A model generated the notes under the pieces. The model was not told the origin of the DNA. It searched no databases and was given only the letters and a program-made list of their open reading frames with translations. A program made the translations under genes and the position numbers. Below, piece after piece: positions 24,897-36,900 of a stretch of 64,000 nt of DNA. How positions within the stretch are numbered: the first letter of the stretch is position 1; each line of letters opens with the position of its first letter. The stretch is from Callorhinchus milii (Eukaryota): positions 34,722,001 to 34,786,000 of the forward strand of contig NW_024704742.1 in assembly GCF_018977255.1 (NCBI RefSeq), read 5' to 3'.

Positions 24897-27590
24897 AACA
24901 ACAAGATCAACAACAAGATTACATTTGTATAGCGCCTTTCATGTTGGGAGGACGTCACAAGGCACTGGACAGAGTACAGCATTTCAGACCCGAGCTGGCA
25001 TGGTCGAAGAGGAGCGTTTTGAGGCGGGACTTGAAGGAGGATAAAGAGGGGGCGAGGCGGAGTGACTGGGGGATGGAATTCCAGAGGTTGGGGGCAGAGT
25101 GGTTGAAGGCTCTCCCACCAATGGTGGGGTGGTTGGGTCGGGGGACATGAAGCAGGCCGGAGCCAGCTGAGCGGAGGCAGCGGGCGGGTTGATACGGGGT
25201 TAGGAGGTCACAGAGGTAGGGTGGGGCAAGGCAATGGAGGGCTTTGCAGGTGAGGACCAGGATTTTGAACTTGATCCTTTGAAGGATAGGGAGCCAATGG
25301 AGTCGGGCGAGAGTGGGGGAGACTGGGTCACAGAGTTTGGTGCAGGAGAGGACACGGGCTGCAGAGTTCTGGATTATCTGCAGCCTGTGGAGGGAGGAGT
25401 TGGGAAGGCCGACAACCAGGGCGTTTGCATAGTCGAGCCTGGAGGTGATGAAGGCATGAACAAGAGTTTCAGCGGCCTGAGGGGTGAGGTAGTGGCGGAG
25501 TTGGGCGATGTTACGGAGGTGAGGGAAGGCAGAGCGGGTCATGGCTTGAATGTGGGGAGAAAAGACAGTTGAGGGTTGAACAAGACACCCAGGTTCCTGA
25601 CTGGCTGGTGAGTTGTAGTGTGCAACCATGGAGGTTGATGCTGCCAGAGCCTGAGGTGCTGAGGCGCTGGCGTGAGCCAATCAGGAGGGCCCTCAGTCTT
25701 GTTCACATTCAACTGTAGGAAATTTACCCTCATTCAGGACTTGATGTCCGACAGACAGTCTGTCAGGACAGCAGTGGTCCTGGAGTTGAGGGTGGAGGCA
25801 GGAAAATAGAGTTGGGTGTCATCCGCATATGTATGGAAGTTGACCCCATGTCTGCGGATAATGTCACCAAGATATATAAATATTAAATGTAGATATTAAA
25901 GAGGAGACAAGGACAGAGCCCTGGGGGACGCCAGACGTGACAGTGCAGGGGCTGGAGGAGAAACCGTTAGAGGCAACAAAGTGGAGACGGTGAGAGAGAT
26001 AGGATTCGATCCAGGCAAGGGCAGGTCCGCGAAGATTGAATAAAGAGGAGAGGCAGTGTATGAGGATGCAGTGGTCGACAGTGTCGAAGGCGGCAGAGAG
26101 GTCGAGGAGGACAAGGAGGCAGAGGGAGCCCTGATCACAGATGTCCAGAATGTCATTAGTGACTTTGACCAGGGCTGTTTCCGTGCTGTGGGCAGTGCGG
26201 AAGCGGATTGCAGGGGTTCAAAGAGGGAATGGCAAGAAAGAAAGGAGCGGAGCTGGGATGCGACAACTCATTCCAGGACCTTGGAGAGGAATGGGAGGTT
26301 AGCGATGGGGCAGTAGCTGGAAAGAAGGGATGGGTCCAGGGAAGGTTTTTCAGGATGGAGGTGATGACGGCTGTTTTTAGGGGGGTGGGAGCTGAACCGG
26401 TGGACAAGGAGAGGTTGATGACGTGGGCCAGGAGAGGGGCCAGAAGGTGGAGCTGGGAGATGAGGAGAGAGATGGGGATGGGATCGAGGGAGCAGGTGGT
26501 GGGTTTGAGTTTGCGAACAATGGCGGTGAGGGAGGAGGGAGAAATAGTCAAAAGAGTATGGGGGGGTGGATGGGGGCTATGTGGGTCATGAGGTCGAGGT
26601 GATGTGGGGGTGGTGGTGACCGGGGCAGAGGTGGCTAAATGTATCCCCTTAATTTTGGATTCAAGGAAGTCCAGCATCTCCTCACAGTTGAAGTTTGAGG
26701 AGAGGATGGGCGAGGTGGACGGAGGAGACAGTTTGTGGTGGAAAAAAGAAGATGGGGGTTGTCCTTTGCCTCCAAGATAACCTTGGAGTAGAAGGAGGAT
26801 TTGGCGGAGGTAAGAGCGCAGCGGTAGGTTTTGGTATGATGAAGCCAAATCTGCCGATGGACCGTTAGTTTGGATTTGGTCCAGGCGCGTTCGACAGCTC
26901 ACACTTGTGCCTTGAGGGAACGGAGATGGCTGGTGTACAGAGGTATTTACGGGAGTATGAAGCAGTTCGGGAGGTGAGGGGGGCAAGGGAGTCCAGAATG
27001 GAGGAGAGGAAGTTGTGGAGAAAAGAGAGCGAGGAGGGGAGATCGGTCAAGGAGGGCCAGAGATGACTCCAGGGCAGTGGAGAGAGAGGGAATTCCACAG
27101 ACTGTATGTGCTGGTAGAGGGTTGAGGAAGGGGAAGGGGTACGGAGGTGTTGAGGGAGATGAAGTGGTGGTCCGAAATGGTTTGTCGATGATGGTAATGT
27201 CCAAGATGGTGAGGCCCCGGGTGATCACCAGATCCAGGGGGTGGCCATGGACGTGGGTGGGGAGTGGATGAGGAGGGAGAGGTTAAGGGAAGAGAGGAGG
27301 GAGGAGAAGTCGGCAGAGGTAGAGCAGGAGGGGGTGAAGTGGAGGTTGAAGTCGTCTAAGATTAGGAGGTGTTCAGAGCAGAGGGAGAGGGAAGATAGGA
27401 GGGTGAAGGTGTCTGAGAGGAAGGTGAGGGAAGGCTTGGGGGGATGGTAAACAAGGAGGATTTTGAGGGAAAGCCTGGAGGGATCATAGAGGGTTAGGTG
27501 TTCAAAGGAGGGGAAGGTTCCAGAGGAATAAGGGGAAAGGCTGAGGGGGGACCAGGAGATAAGAGCCACACCACCACCATGGCGATTAGG
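24897..27590 (-). mobile_element. L2 LINE, degenerate ORF2 (endonuclease + RT) with (TTG)n-like tail
   Basis: LILDDFNLH, KPTTCSLDPIP, RLDYANAL, QNSAARVL, LHWLPI..RIKFKIL; 3' tail at ~24900-24940. Confidence 0.9.
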
Positions 27591-27619
27591 CCATGGGGTT
27601 TGGTGAAAGGTGTAACCCC

Positions 27620-28330
27620 AGCTCCGACCGCCTCATCATCCTAGGCGACTTCAACCTTCACTTCACCCCCTCCTGCTCCACCTCCTCAGATTTCTCCTTT
27701 CTCCTTGTCTCTCAACCTCTCCCCCCACATCCTCTCTGCTACCCACCCTCACGGTCACCTTCTCGACATGGTGATCACCCAGGGCCTCAGTGTCTCGGAT
27801 GTCACTATCACTGACAAGGTCATCTCTGACCACTATTTTGTCTCCCTCAACTCCTATATCCCTCTCCCCACTGCCTCCAAACCTACTACCATCTTCTACC
27901 GCCCATGGAAGAAGATCTGCCCACAGTCCCTCTCCGCTGCCCTGGAGTCCTCCGAACTCCTCCCCCTCTGGCCCACCTCTCGCACCAACCCACTCGCTGT
28001 TCTTACTCTTCTCCACAGCACCCTCTCCACCACACTAATGCCCTTGCCCCCCTCACCTCCTGAACTGCCTTCTATTCCCAATCCTCACCCTGGTTCACCA
28101 GCCTCCTCCGCTCGCTTAAGGGCCATGTGTGGGCTGCTGAACGCACTTGGCTCAAATCCGGCCTAATGGTCCACCATCACATCTGGCTGGACCACATCAA
28201 AACCTACCACTCTGCTCTCACCTCGGCCATATCGTCCTTCTATTCCAGGTTAATCCTGGAGGCAAAGGGCAACCCCAGGCTCCTGTTCTCCACCACCAAC
28301 CGGCTCCTCTGTCCTCCCCGCCACGCCTCG
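27620..28330 (+). mobile_element. L2 LINE fragment (endonuclease region), inverted relative to its neighbour
   Basis: RLIILGDFNLHFTPSCSTS, HGHLLDMVIT, ISDHYFV, AAERTWLKSG, KGNPRLLFST. Confidence 0.88.
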
Positions 28331-28519
28331 CAGATTCGGGGTGTCGTTAAATTATATGCTTGTGTCCATTAAATATTTTAAACTTAATTCAAGAAGTGCG
28401 TATTTTAAATTTATTAATATAAACAGGATACTGGCTTTGTCCTCCTGACTTCCAAAGTGCCAATTCTATCACTGTGGCATTGGCTATAAAATACCAAGCT
28501 CTGTGACACCACACACTTA

Positions 28520-28890
28520 GTCAAGCTCCACTGGCTCCCCATCACCGAACGGATCGATTTCAAGATCCTCTCCGACCTGCTTATCTCTTAACCCACAATC
28601 CCCCGCTCAACTGTCCGGCCTTCTCCATGTCCCCTGTGCTTTCCATTCCACAATTGGCGGCCTTCGCCATCGGCCAAGGGATAATGTCACGAAACTCTGG
28701 AATACTCTTCCTCTATCCCTCCGTGTTTCCCCTTCCTTCCCCATTTTCAGGTTGCTCCTGAAGACCGTCCTATTCGTCTGTGCCTATAGTCACCTTTCTC
28801 TACCCCCTTTCATGCTCCGCCACTGTCAAGCGATCTGGGATGCTACCCTGCTTGATGGGCGCTTTATAAATGCAAGTTTTAATTGTTGTT
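28520..28890 (+). mobile_element. L2 3' end fragment
   Basis: CTCCACTGGCTCCCC...GATTTCAAGATC (LHWLP..FKI) and tail TATAAATGCAAG...TTGTTGTT. Confidence 0.75.
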
Positions 28891-30094
28891 GATTGGAGAT
28901 GGACTTAACTCTACAGCAAAGTGCAAAGGTTCAGAATGAAATACTACCTTCCAGGAAAAATTTCTGGAAGCAATGAGTTTGTAAAGGTCACATGATCTGT
29001 GATGATTCTAAAAATAACTGGACCTGCAGCTGCTTACGTACGTTTGCTGTAATGTTACATAATGTGTTCCAGTAAGTAGGAATGAATCAATGGATTTGAG
29101 AAATCTGCTTATCTCAAAGACTGACACTGTATAGGCAAATGTGGAAGTGAGATGATTTATTATCGCATTGTCTTTACTCATCTTTTGAGTGGTAATTGGT
29201 GCAGTATTTTTAAAAAATAGCCTAACATAACCTGGTTTAGACTATATTCATTATAACATCAAAGCAATTAATAATCCTTGCATTTGATATAGCACCTTAT
29301 CACGTCTTCGAGACGTCTCAAAGCGCTTCACAAAATACAAAGTGAATTGACTGTATATTTTGTGGGCGAACCGCGGCAGCCAATTGCGCACAGCAGTGCC
29401 AAACCAATTCGAATAGTGTGTGGTTTATACATCAGAGACAAAAATATTTGTAAACTTTTGTCATCTTAAAAAAGGAATCTTCTAACTAACTGACTTGCTC
29501 TAAGCAATACTGCTCACAAATGAAAGGAGGAAATCTACCATCCAAATGTTAAAGGAGATTAAACATAACTTATTTATATTAGGTTTGTTTCAATTTGCTT
29601 CAAATTGTCACCACTAACAAAAATGAGTATAACCAGCATAACACTAATAATAATAATCCTTGCATTTAATATAGAGCCTTATTACTTGGTTGAGACGTAT
29701 CAAAGCGCTTCACAGGATTTACTGTAAAGTGGATTGACCCACTGGCGCAACAACAACAAATAACATTTATATGAGGAATAATAATATTATTAATCCTTGC
29801 ATTTATATACTGTCTTTCACATTGGGAGGACATCTCAAAGTACGTCAAATGATTTACTATAAAGTGTAGTGGTTTTGTATTTTGTAGACAAACACAATTT
29901 TTTCAAATGTGCTGACAAGAGTTTCTAAATGTAAATTCTGATGACATTCTTTCTCTGACTTCCCCAATTCTAAACAATAAAAACAAGATTCAAATGTACC
30001 AGACAAACATACCCTGCTTTCAGCAGTTCTGACAGAAGAATAACTTTCAACAGTTCTGACTGCAGATTAGCAGGAGAAGCAGAGGTAACCAGAA

Positions 30095-33000
30095 ATGAAG
30101 ACCCATGTGATGATTTTGCTGCTAGGAATAGTTGTCATCTGGGTGGCTGTTGAAGGTAAGGATCAAATCACATGAGCTGTACCTGGCAAGACTCCTTTCC
30201 AAAGCAACAGTTAAAGCAGGTGAATATCTAACATTTAAAGCAGGTCAATATCCACCAAATAATCTACTTCATTCAGGGTTAGACTTCGAATATGAATAAC
30301 TAAGTGGCATTTCAGTGGCTCGAGTGTAGTACTGCCCTTGGTTCAATCTATCCCACGGGTAGTAGATACAACTGATGAGAAATGACTCTGGATTAGATAT
30401 TTCATGGGTAGTTATATTTTACAGTAAATCTTTATACTGGCTTCTGAATTAAAAAGGAAACAAGAAAAGCAACCTTGTATTAAATGGTAAGAGATGAGTT
30501 AATGAAATTATTGTGTCTTCTCTTTGGTCTGTGATTAATTTAATTACATTGGTGACCATCCTAAAATATTTCATACAATCATAAAACATTTGCAGCACAG
30601 TAAACCATTTCAACCCTGGAACTAGTGTTTGAGAGCTGCTTCACAGGATACTGATTAAGTTAAGTCTGTTAGTATCAAATCATAGCTGTATTCAAACGCC
30701 AATCTTTTGTGATCAAACTAGAAATGAGCAGAGAAATCTTTTGCTCCATGATCATCCTTATGTCCTATGCAATTATTTCCTCTTTTAGGAAGCCTAGGGC
30801 CTGGAATTCAATCAAGATGCAAATGTATTAGAACTACATCTGTGTTTATCCACCCAAGAAGATACCGACATATTGACGTTTTTCCTCGGAACCTCTATTG
30901 CAGAAGAATGGAAATCATGTAAGTACTAAAGAAAATATTTTCTTCTGCTGTGCAGTGATAAAGCATTGGATTAAGATGACTATTGAAAATATCACATCTC
31001 TAGAGCAATCATATTTTAAATGTCACAATAAAGTTGTCCATGTGGATCATTTTGGGGAGGTTATTGTTGCCATCTGATCCACTAATCCATTTAGGAACAT
31101 AGGAATTCAACTGGCCACTTATTTTCTAAATTACCATTGTTCACTATCTCTCATTATATACATGCCCTTCAAATCCCTATATATCCATGTCTAATACCCT
31201 CTTGAAATTATCATCAATATTTCATGGTTGATTGTGGAACATTACTGTGTGCAAATTGGCTGCTGCATTTGCCGACAAAATGCAGTCACTACCCAATACA
31301 TTAAATCCTGTGAAGCACTTTGAGGCATTCCCTGAACATGAAAGGCAATATCAAGTGCAAGGGATTTTTTTTTGTACTCTCTGCCTCCCTGAGCAAACTG
31401 TACCATACATTCACCATCTTCTTGGAAAACAGTTAAAAGCTAAACTATTTGTTCACATTCCCCCTTCTTAGCTTGATGCTGTGACTAATTTCTGCATTGT
31501 AAGTATTCTAGCTCGCCAGTCTCTCCTCGTAGACCAATTTGGTTGATAATCACTCTATACTGTCGGGATTATTTGCCCACATTTTTTGTATCCATTTAGC
31601 ACAATACAGCCTAATTTTTAAATATACCTTTATTGTTGGGCTTAAAACATGATTGTGTGCATGCTCTTTGTCAGCATTTCCCTTGCATATTATGTTTATA
31701 TATATATAAATATGTGAAAATTGTCCACCTTTTGGAACAGCAAAATTTCCAGAGACACTTGCTTCAGAGAGCGAACCTATATCATTATTCAATTGCCTCA
31801 TGATGGTTCAGTTAGATGGAGGAGGTGAAACAAAGGCATTTAAATTTTAGTTTACGAGTATAACCAGAAATGTTTCTGTTTGTGATGTGCTGCAGAATTA
31901 CTCTAAAGAATAAGAAGGTAGTTTGCATCAATCCGGTGACCCCATGGGTCAAGAAAATTGTTGTCATCCTGAGGTATGTATCCTTTAACATTACTTTTTG
32001 TATACTTATGCCCTTCTTATTAATCTAAAGGCATTTAATACTTCTTGCATTAGAATCATAGGAACTAGAGAATTTACGAGATTGTGACAGATTTGTGGAG
32101 TGCTGTAGCATATTGGTTAGTGCAATTGCCTCGCAAGCGTGAGAACCTGGGTTTGATTCCTTAGGCAAGTTTCATTAATGCACACACCTATTTACCTATC
32201 AGTAAGTCGGAACCGAGTTGTTAGTCGATTGACGGATCCCTTCCCCCAAAAATTGTGGTTACTCAATCCACGACTGTTTGTGGGACACTGCTGTGCGCAA
32301 ATGGCTGGCGTGTTTCACTCACAAAATATACAATAAATTCACTTTACAGTATATGAAGCGCTTTGAGACATCTCGAAGATGTGATATGGTGCTTTATCAA
32401 ATGCAACGATTATTGTTTCAATCCAGTTTCCCTTCTCTATATATTTTAAGTATCTATCTTCTATCTGCTTCTATGGCCCATTGAGGCAATTGCTTTAACT
32501 AATGATGTGATTGGTATGTGCTTCTCCATCTAAGACTCCATCGCCTGACTCCACTGGCTCCTCATCCCCCAGAGGATCGAGTTCAAGATCCTCGTCCTAA
32601 CCTTTAAGGCCATCCATGGCATTGCACTCTCCTACCTCTCTGACCTGCTGACTCCCTACCAACCTGCCCGCTACTTCTGTTCATCGGGCTCTGGCCTGCT
32701 TCATGTCTCCCGCCTGACCCACCCTACCAATGGTGTCCGGGCTTTCGGCCTCTCTGCCCCCACTCTGGAACTTCATCCCATGGGCCCTTCGCATCACTTC
32801 CACCCTCGCATCCTTCAAGGCCGGTCTCAAGACCCTTCTCTTCGACCGTGCCTTTGGTCTCCCTCCCACCTCTCTGCCTTCCCTCACCCCTACCCCACCC
32901 CTCCCCCATGCTCGAGCCCCGACTTTGGGATGTTCTCCCGAAGTGAAAGGTGCTCTATAAATGTAATTTTGTTGTTGTTGTAAGACTGCTAGCTGCTAGT

Positions 33001-33312
33001 TAGAGGATCTATTATCTCTATCTGCCCCCTTTTAAATCAATGAGGAGATTAGCTCCCATTATCTCTCATTTAAGTAATTTATATCTGGTAAAGTGTAAAA
33101 TAGCCTCAAGGAGCAGGATAATACTTAATTTGGGTCTGTAATTCCTTGCTATCCATGTGTTTATACAGTTTGCATAATAGACACCTATGTGGTGATTTTA
33201 TTTATCCAGATGAGCAATTGTTCAAATCATAAGTGTACTGTATATATTGCATCAAATTAATTTCACATATTTTCTATTTTAAAACAGTAAACAAAGACAA
33301 AATGTACCTTGA
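30095..33312 (+). CDS. CXCL13: C-X-C motif chemokine, CXCL13-like, 97 aa precursor
   Basis: Exons join(30095-30155, 30789-30918, 31896-31973, 33288-33312) give MKTHVMILLLGIVVIWVAVEG-SLGPGIQSRCKCIRTTSVFIHPRRYRHIDVFPRNLYCRRMEIIITLKNKKVVCINPVTPWVKKIVVILSKQRQNVP. Signal peptide, CxC...C...C pattern, no ELR motif, canonical 4-exon structure (phases 1,2,2). Convergent with CNOT6L, like human CXCL13. AATAAA at 33775 and 33835. Confidence 0.88.
32097..32415 (+). mobile_element. tRNA-derived SINE, variant head
   Basis: GGAGTGCTGTAGCATATTGGTTAGTGC...GGTTTGATTCC head with the same core and tail. Truncated copies also at ~5815-5992, 17560-17706, 29268-29400, 34475-34600, 53478-53610 and 58740-58980. Confidence 0.8.
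32550..32980 (+). mobile_element. L2 3' end in chemokine intron 3
   Basis: LHWL...RIEFKILVLTFKAIHG, LKTLLFDRAF, (TTG)n tail. Confidence 0.85.
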
Positions 33313-33924
33313 AGACCTCTACACAATGAATGTGAAAACATTGCTTCAACAGAATCAATTCCACTGCACACCAGGAGCCATATCTCCATTACTCTACTCC
33401 TACTCTTGCATTAAAGCACCAGAAATAGATTATTTTAACCACTTTATACCCTTTAATTAGGATTGCAGCAATCTATGGAATAAGGGTTGTGATTGTGTTG
33501 GGGGAGAGATAAGCAGATAACATTGCAGAGATGGAGCAGAAAGTGGATTTGGTCAAGACTGCTTAAACAGATGTTGCAAAAGCAAGTTGTCGTGATCAAC
33601 CACACAATTTCAATCTTGCAAGAACTGATAATAAAGTATCCTTTTTGGATACTGAGGAAATTTTTTTTCAACTGTACAAACTGTTGTGCATACTCCCTAT
33701 TCAGCAAAAACATCAAGGCAGCAGTCTGACCAGAGTTGGAATTGCATACACACAACCGCAGATTTGTATCACTGAATAAATTATTCTTCAGACTTGATGT
33801 AGACAAATTTAGCTTCATGAGTACCACCAACAGAAATAAAATCAAGACCTCCAGATTTAAGTTACATGGATAAAAACGCTAAAAGGTTTTTCAGGACAAT
33901 TTCATGCAAGATATTGTTACAATG

Positions 33925-36900
33925 AAAAGAGCAAATTTTTAAATGGCCATTTATTGCCTACAGTCAGAAAGAAAAAATGCACAGGCAAAAGGGAATAAGT
34001 GGACATAATTTAACCCTATACAATATTTGTTAGCAATACCCGACATCCATATGGAAAAATATTTTGTTTTAAAACCCCTTACATAGTAGTACAAGGATAA
34101 ACACCTCCCACCTGAGCTGCTGAACATTTAAAGACAGTAAGTAGTTACCAGCTTGGTTTGGTTTATTCCCCTTTGCAAAATTAAAGGACTAAAATATCAG
34201 TTTTGGGGCATAGGAAGGTACTCAAGTCATTTGAGAAAGTTGAGGTTTTGACCTTGTACTGTAGTAATTCTCAAGAAAAAATTGAGCTGGTGAAAATCTA
34301 GCAAGATCATCTATCCTACTACATCAAGAATTGATAAACTTTCTAAATGAACACATTTAACCAATAGGGTGAGTTCAACAAGGAATAACATTACAAAACA
34401 ACAGCAAAAACAGCATTTTTTTTGCTATTAACCCCATCAACTCAGAATCTATACCAAGCTGATTAAAAATATCTGCCGTGTGCAGTTGGTTGCCGTGTTT
34501 CGCCCACAAATGTATAGTCAATTCACTTTACAGTATATTTTGTGAAGCGCTTAGAAGACGTGAATAGCACTATATCAAATGCAAGGATTATTATTATTAT
34601 TGGTGATAAGTGTGGGGGGGGTGAGAGAGAAAGAATGCAACACCCAAAAGGTCAAGAAAATCCATAATATCTGGTGACCAAAAGATTAAATACAGACACA
34701 GTTCACTCATCTCCTATTAACTCAGAATTATTTTCTCCTCAGCAATAAATGCTTAATGGAGGAGGGAAAAAGATGGTCAAAATGCAACAATTGTCTGAAC
34801 GATTCACATTTAACAGAACAGAGATTATCAACAATACATCCATTGCTACATTTACTGACCACAATCCCTTTACTACATTATGTAAAAGGGTTTGCATACA
34901 GAAGTACCATATATCTCAAAGAGTCAGATCACTCACATTTTCAGTACTGTACATGAACAGGTTAATACTTAAAACCCTGTGCAACGTTCCCAAGTTATAC
35001 AACTAACATCTATTAACTACAGCCCATTTCAAACCTTGTGATTAAAAGTAACCTTATTAATATTTTTATGTTTTTAATGAAATACAAAATTATATGTTCT
35101 TGAAAGAATACTTTCTGGAACAGAATCAATCAGTAGAAAAAATAACCAAGAAAGAGTCTGCTTTTTGTGGATTGCAACATAGCAAATGTCAGTAATGACT
35201 TCTTAGACTTCCTTTATCCTTGCGAAAGTTTGCTGCAAAACGTTTGACATTTTAAATCTGGAATAAACAGCTGATCAGTGTATAAACACTGGGCCTGCTT
35301 AACTCCAAATGCCACTGTTGAGAGATTGAACATTTCTCCATTGCCACTTTTGAAAGATAGAACTTTAATGTGTCTCACCCCATAACTCTTAGTGATTGAA
35401 TCATTTAAGGATAAGCAAGGCAGAAGTGACTTAAGTCAAACCTTGAATTCAGTTAGATTCGACAGATATGCAGTACATTACCACATCTGGAAGATTGCTC
35501 ACGTTATGAATTGGAGATGGTTAGAAGTTACATCCAAGCGATAGCCTGTAAAAACCACCACTTTGATTAGGTCACTGTAGGAGTGCTTATATTTAAAAGT
35601 TTCAGTCACATAGAGACATTTCCTTTGACCATCTTCAATGTAATGATTATCAGAAACTGCATGAACTGCTCACAATTCAATGCTATATTCTCCACTTCAA
35701 AACTTTTTAAGTGTCTCATCAAGATACCCATACTGCATTTCAAGCCGTGCTATCCAACAACAGGTTGTTTTAATGTGAGTGATATGAAACTTCAAAAAGG
35801 GGTCCATTCAGCACCTTTTCCATTCCTTCTTAGTATTGAGCTTTGGTTAAGAGCAGTCGATCGGGGGAGTGAAGCACTACTGTACAAGGAATGGGAGTAA
35901 CTCACACCTAAAAGTGCACAATTCAAAGAAGTGACAAAAAACTTTACACATCCTGCAGACTTTGTTGGTTAAGGTAACACATTTACATCAGAAATAAAAA
36001 CTAGTGCTGGGAATAAAGCTGGTCTTAGAACTCATTGTGCAATACCTGATTTATGGTGTGGTTTTCAACATGCCACACTCTTTGCAACAAAGATAAACAT
36101 ATAATAGAGCTTATACAAAACTGTTTAAGGATTTTTTGGAAAAATGTTTTAACATAAAATCTCACAAATTTTAACAGATTTATTTTATAGAATTTAAAAG
36201 TTGCCTTGAGAGGGATGATCAGGTTTTCTCTGCTTGGATGGGCAGTACAATCAAATGAGGCAAGTCCCTATGAAATAGTGGAATAGAAATTGATCAGAAA
36301 CACAAGTGGATCTGGATGTGGTTTTTGTTTTGTCGTCTGAAAAAATGGGGCAAAATGGTTATCTCTTCATTTTAATATACAAAATGTTCTCCAAGTACAC
36401 TGGCTAATTTAATTCAGGAACAATGCAAAGAAAACCTGATAAACACCCTTTTGCAACAGAGTGCTTCAATTAATTTATATTTAAAGCAGATAAAATACTG
36501 TATGGAGCTGTTCACAGGAAGTTTTTCCCCAAAAGTTCTATTTTCAATTTCAATTATCAAAAAGAGTAAAACTCAGTAAATGGTCTCCTTTGTAGGTCAT
36601 GTACAATCATTACAAGTGAATTTGAATTCAAATTTATATAAACATATCTGACAAAATATTGGGAGTGAAGTATGGGAAAGTAATGTCATTCACAGCTATT
36701 AAAGACGTGTATGAAGGAAGAAGTTGTCATCATATCGTGAGCAGTGGGGCCATCACTAAGATCTTAAGCTTCTCATGTCCCTGATTTTAAGAAGGTCAGT
36801 AAAGCTGAAACTCTTTCATAAAAGTGACGTCTATTCAAAAAAAAAGTAAATGTTTTAGAATTTAATTGGTTTGCCTAATTTCTTACTCATTCTCATTAAC

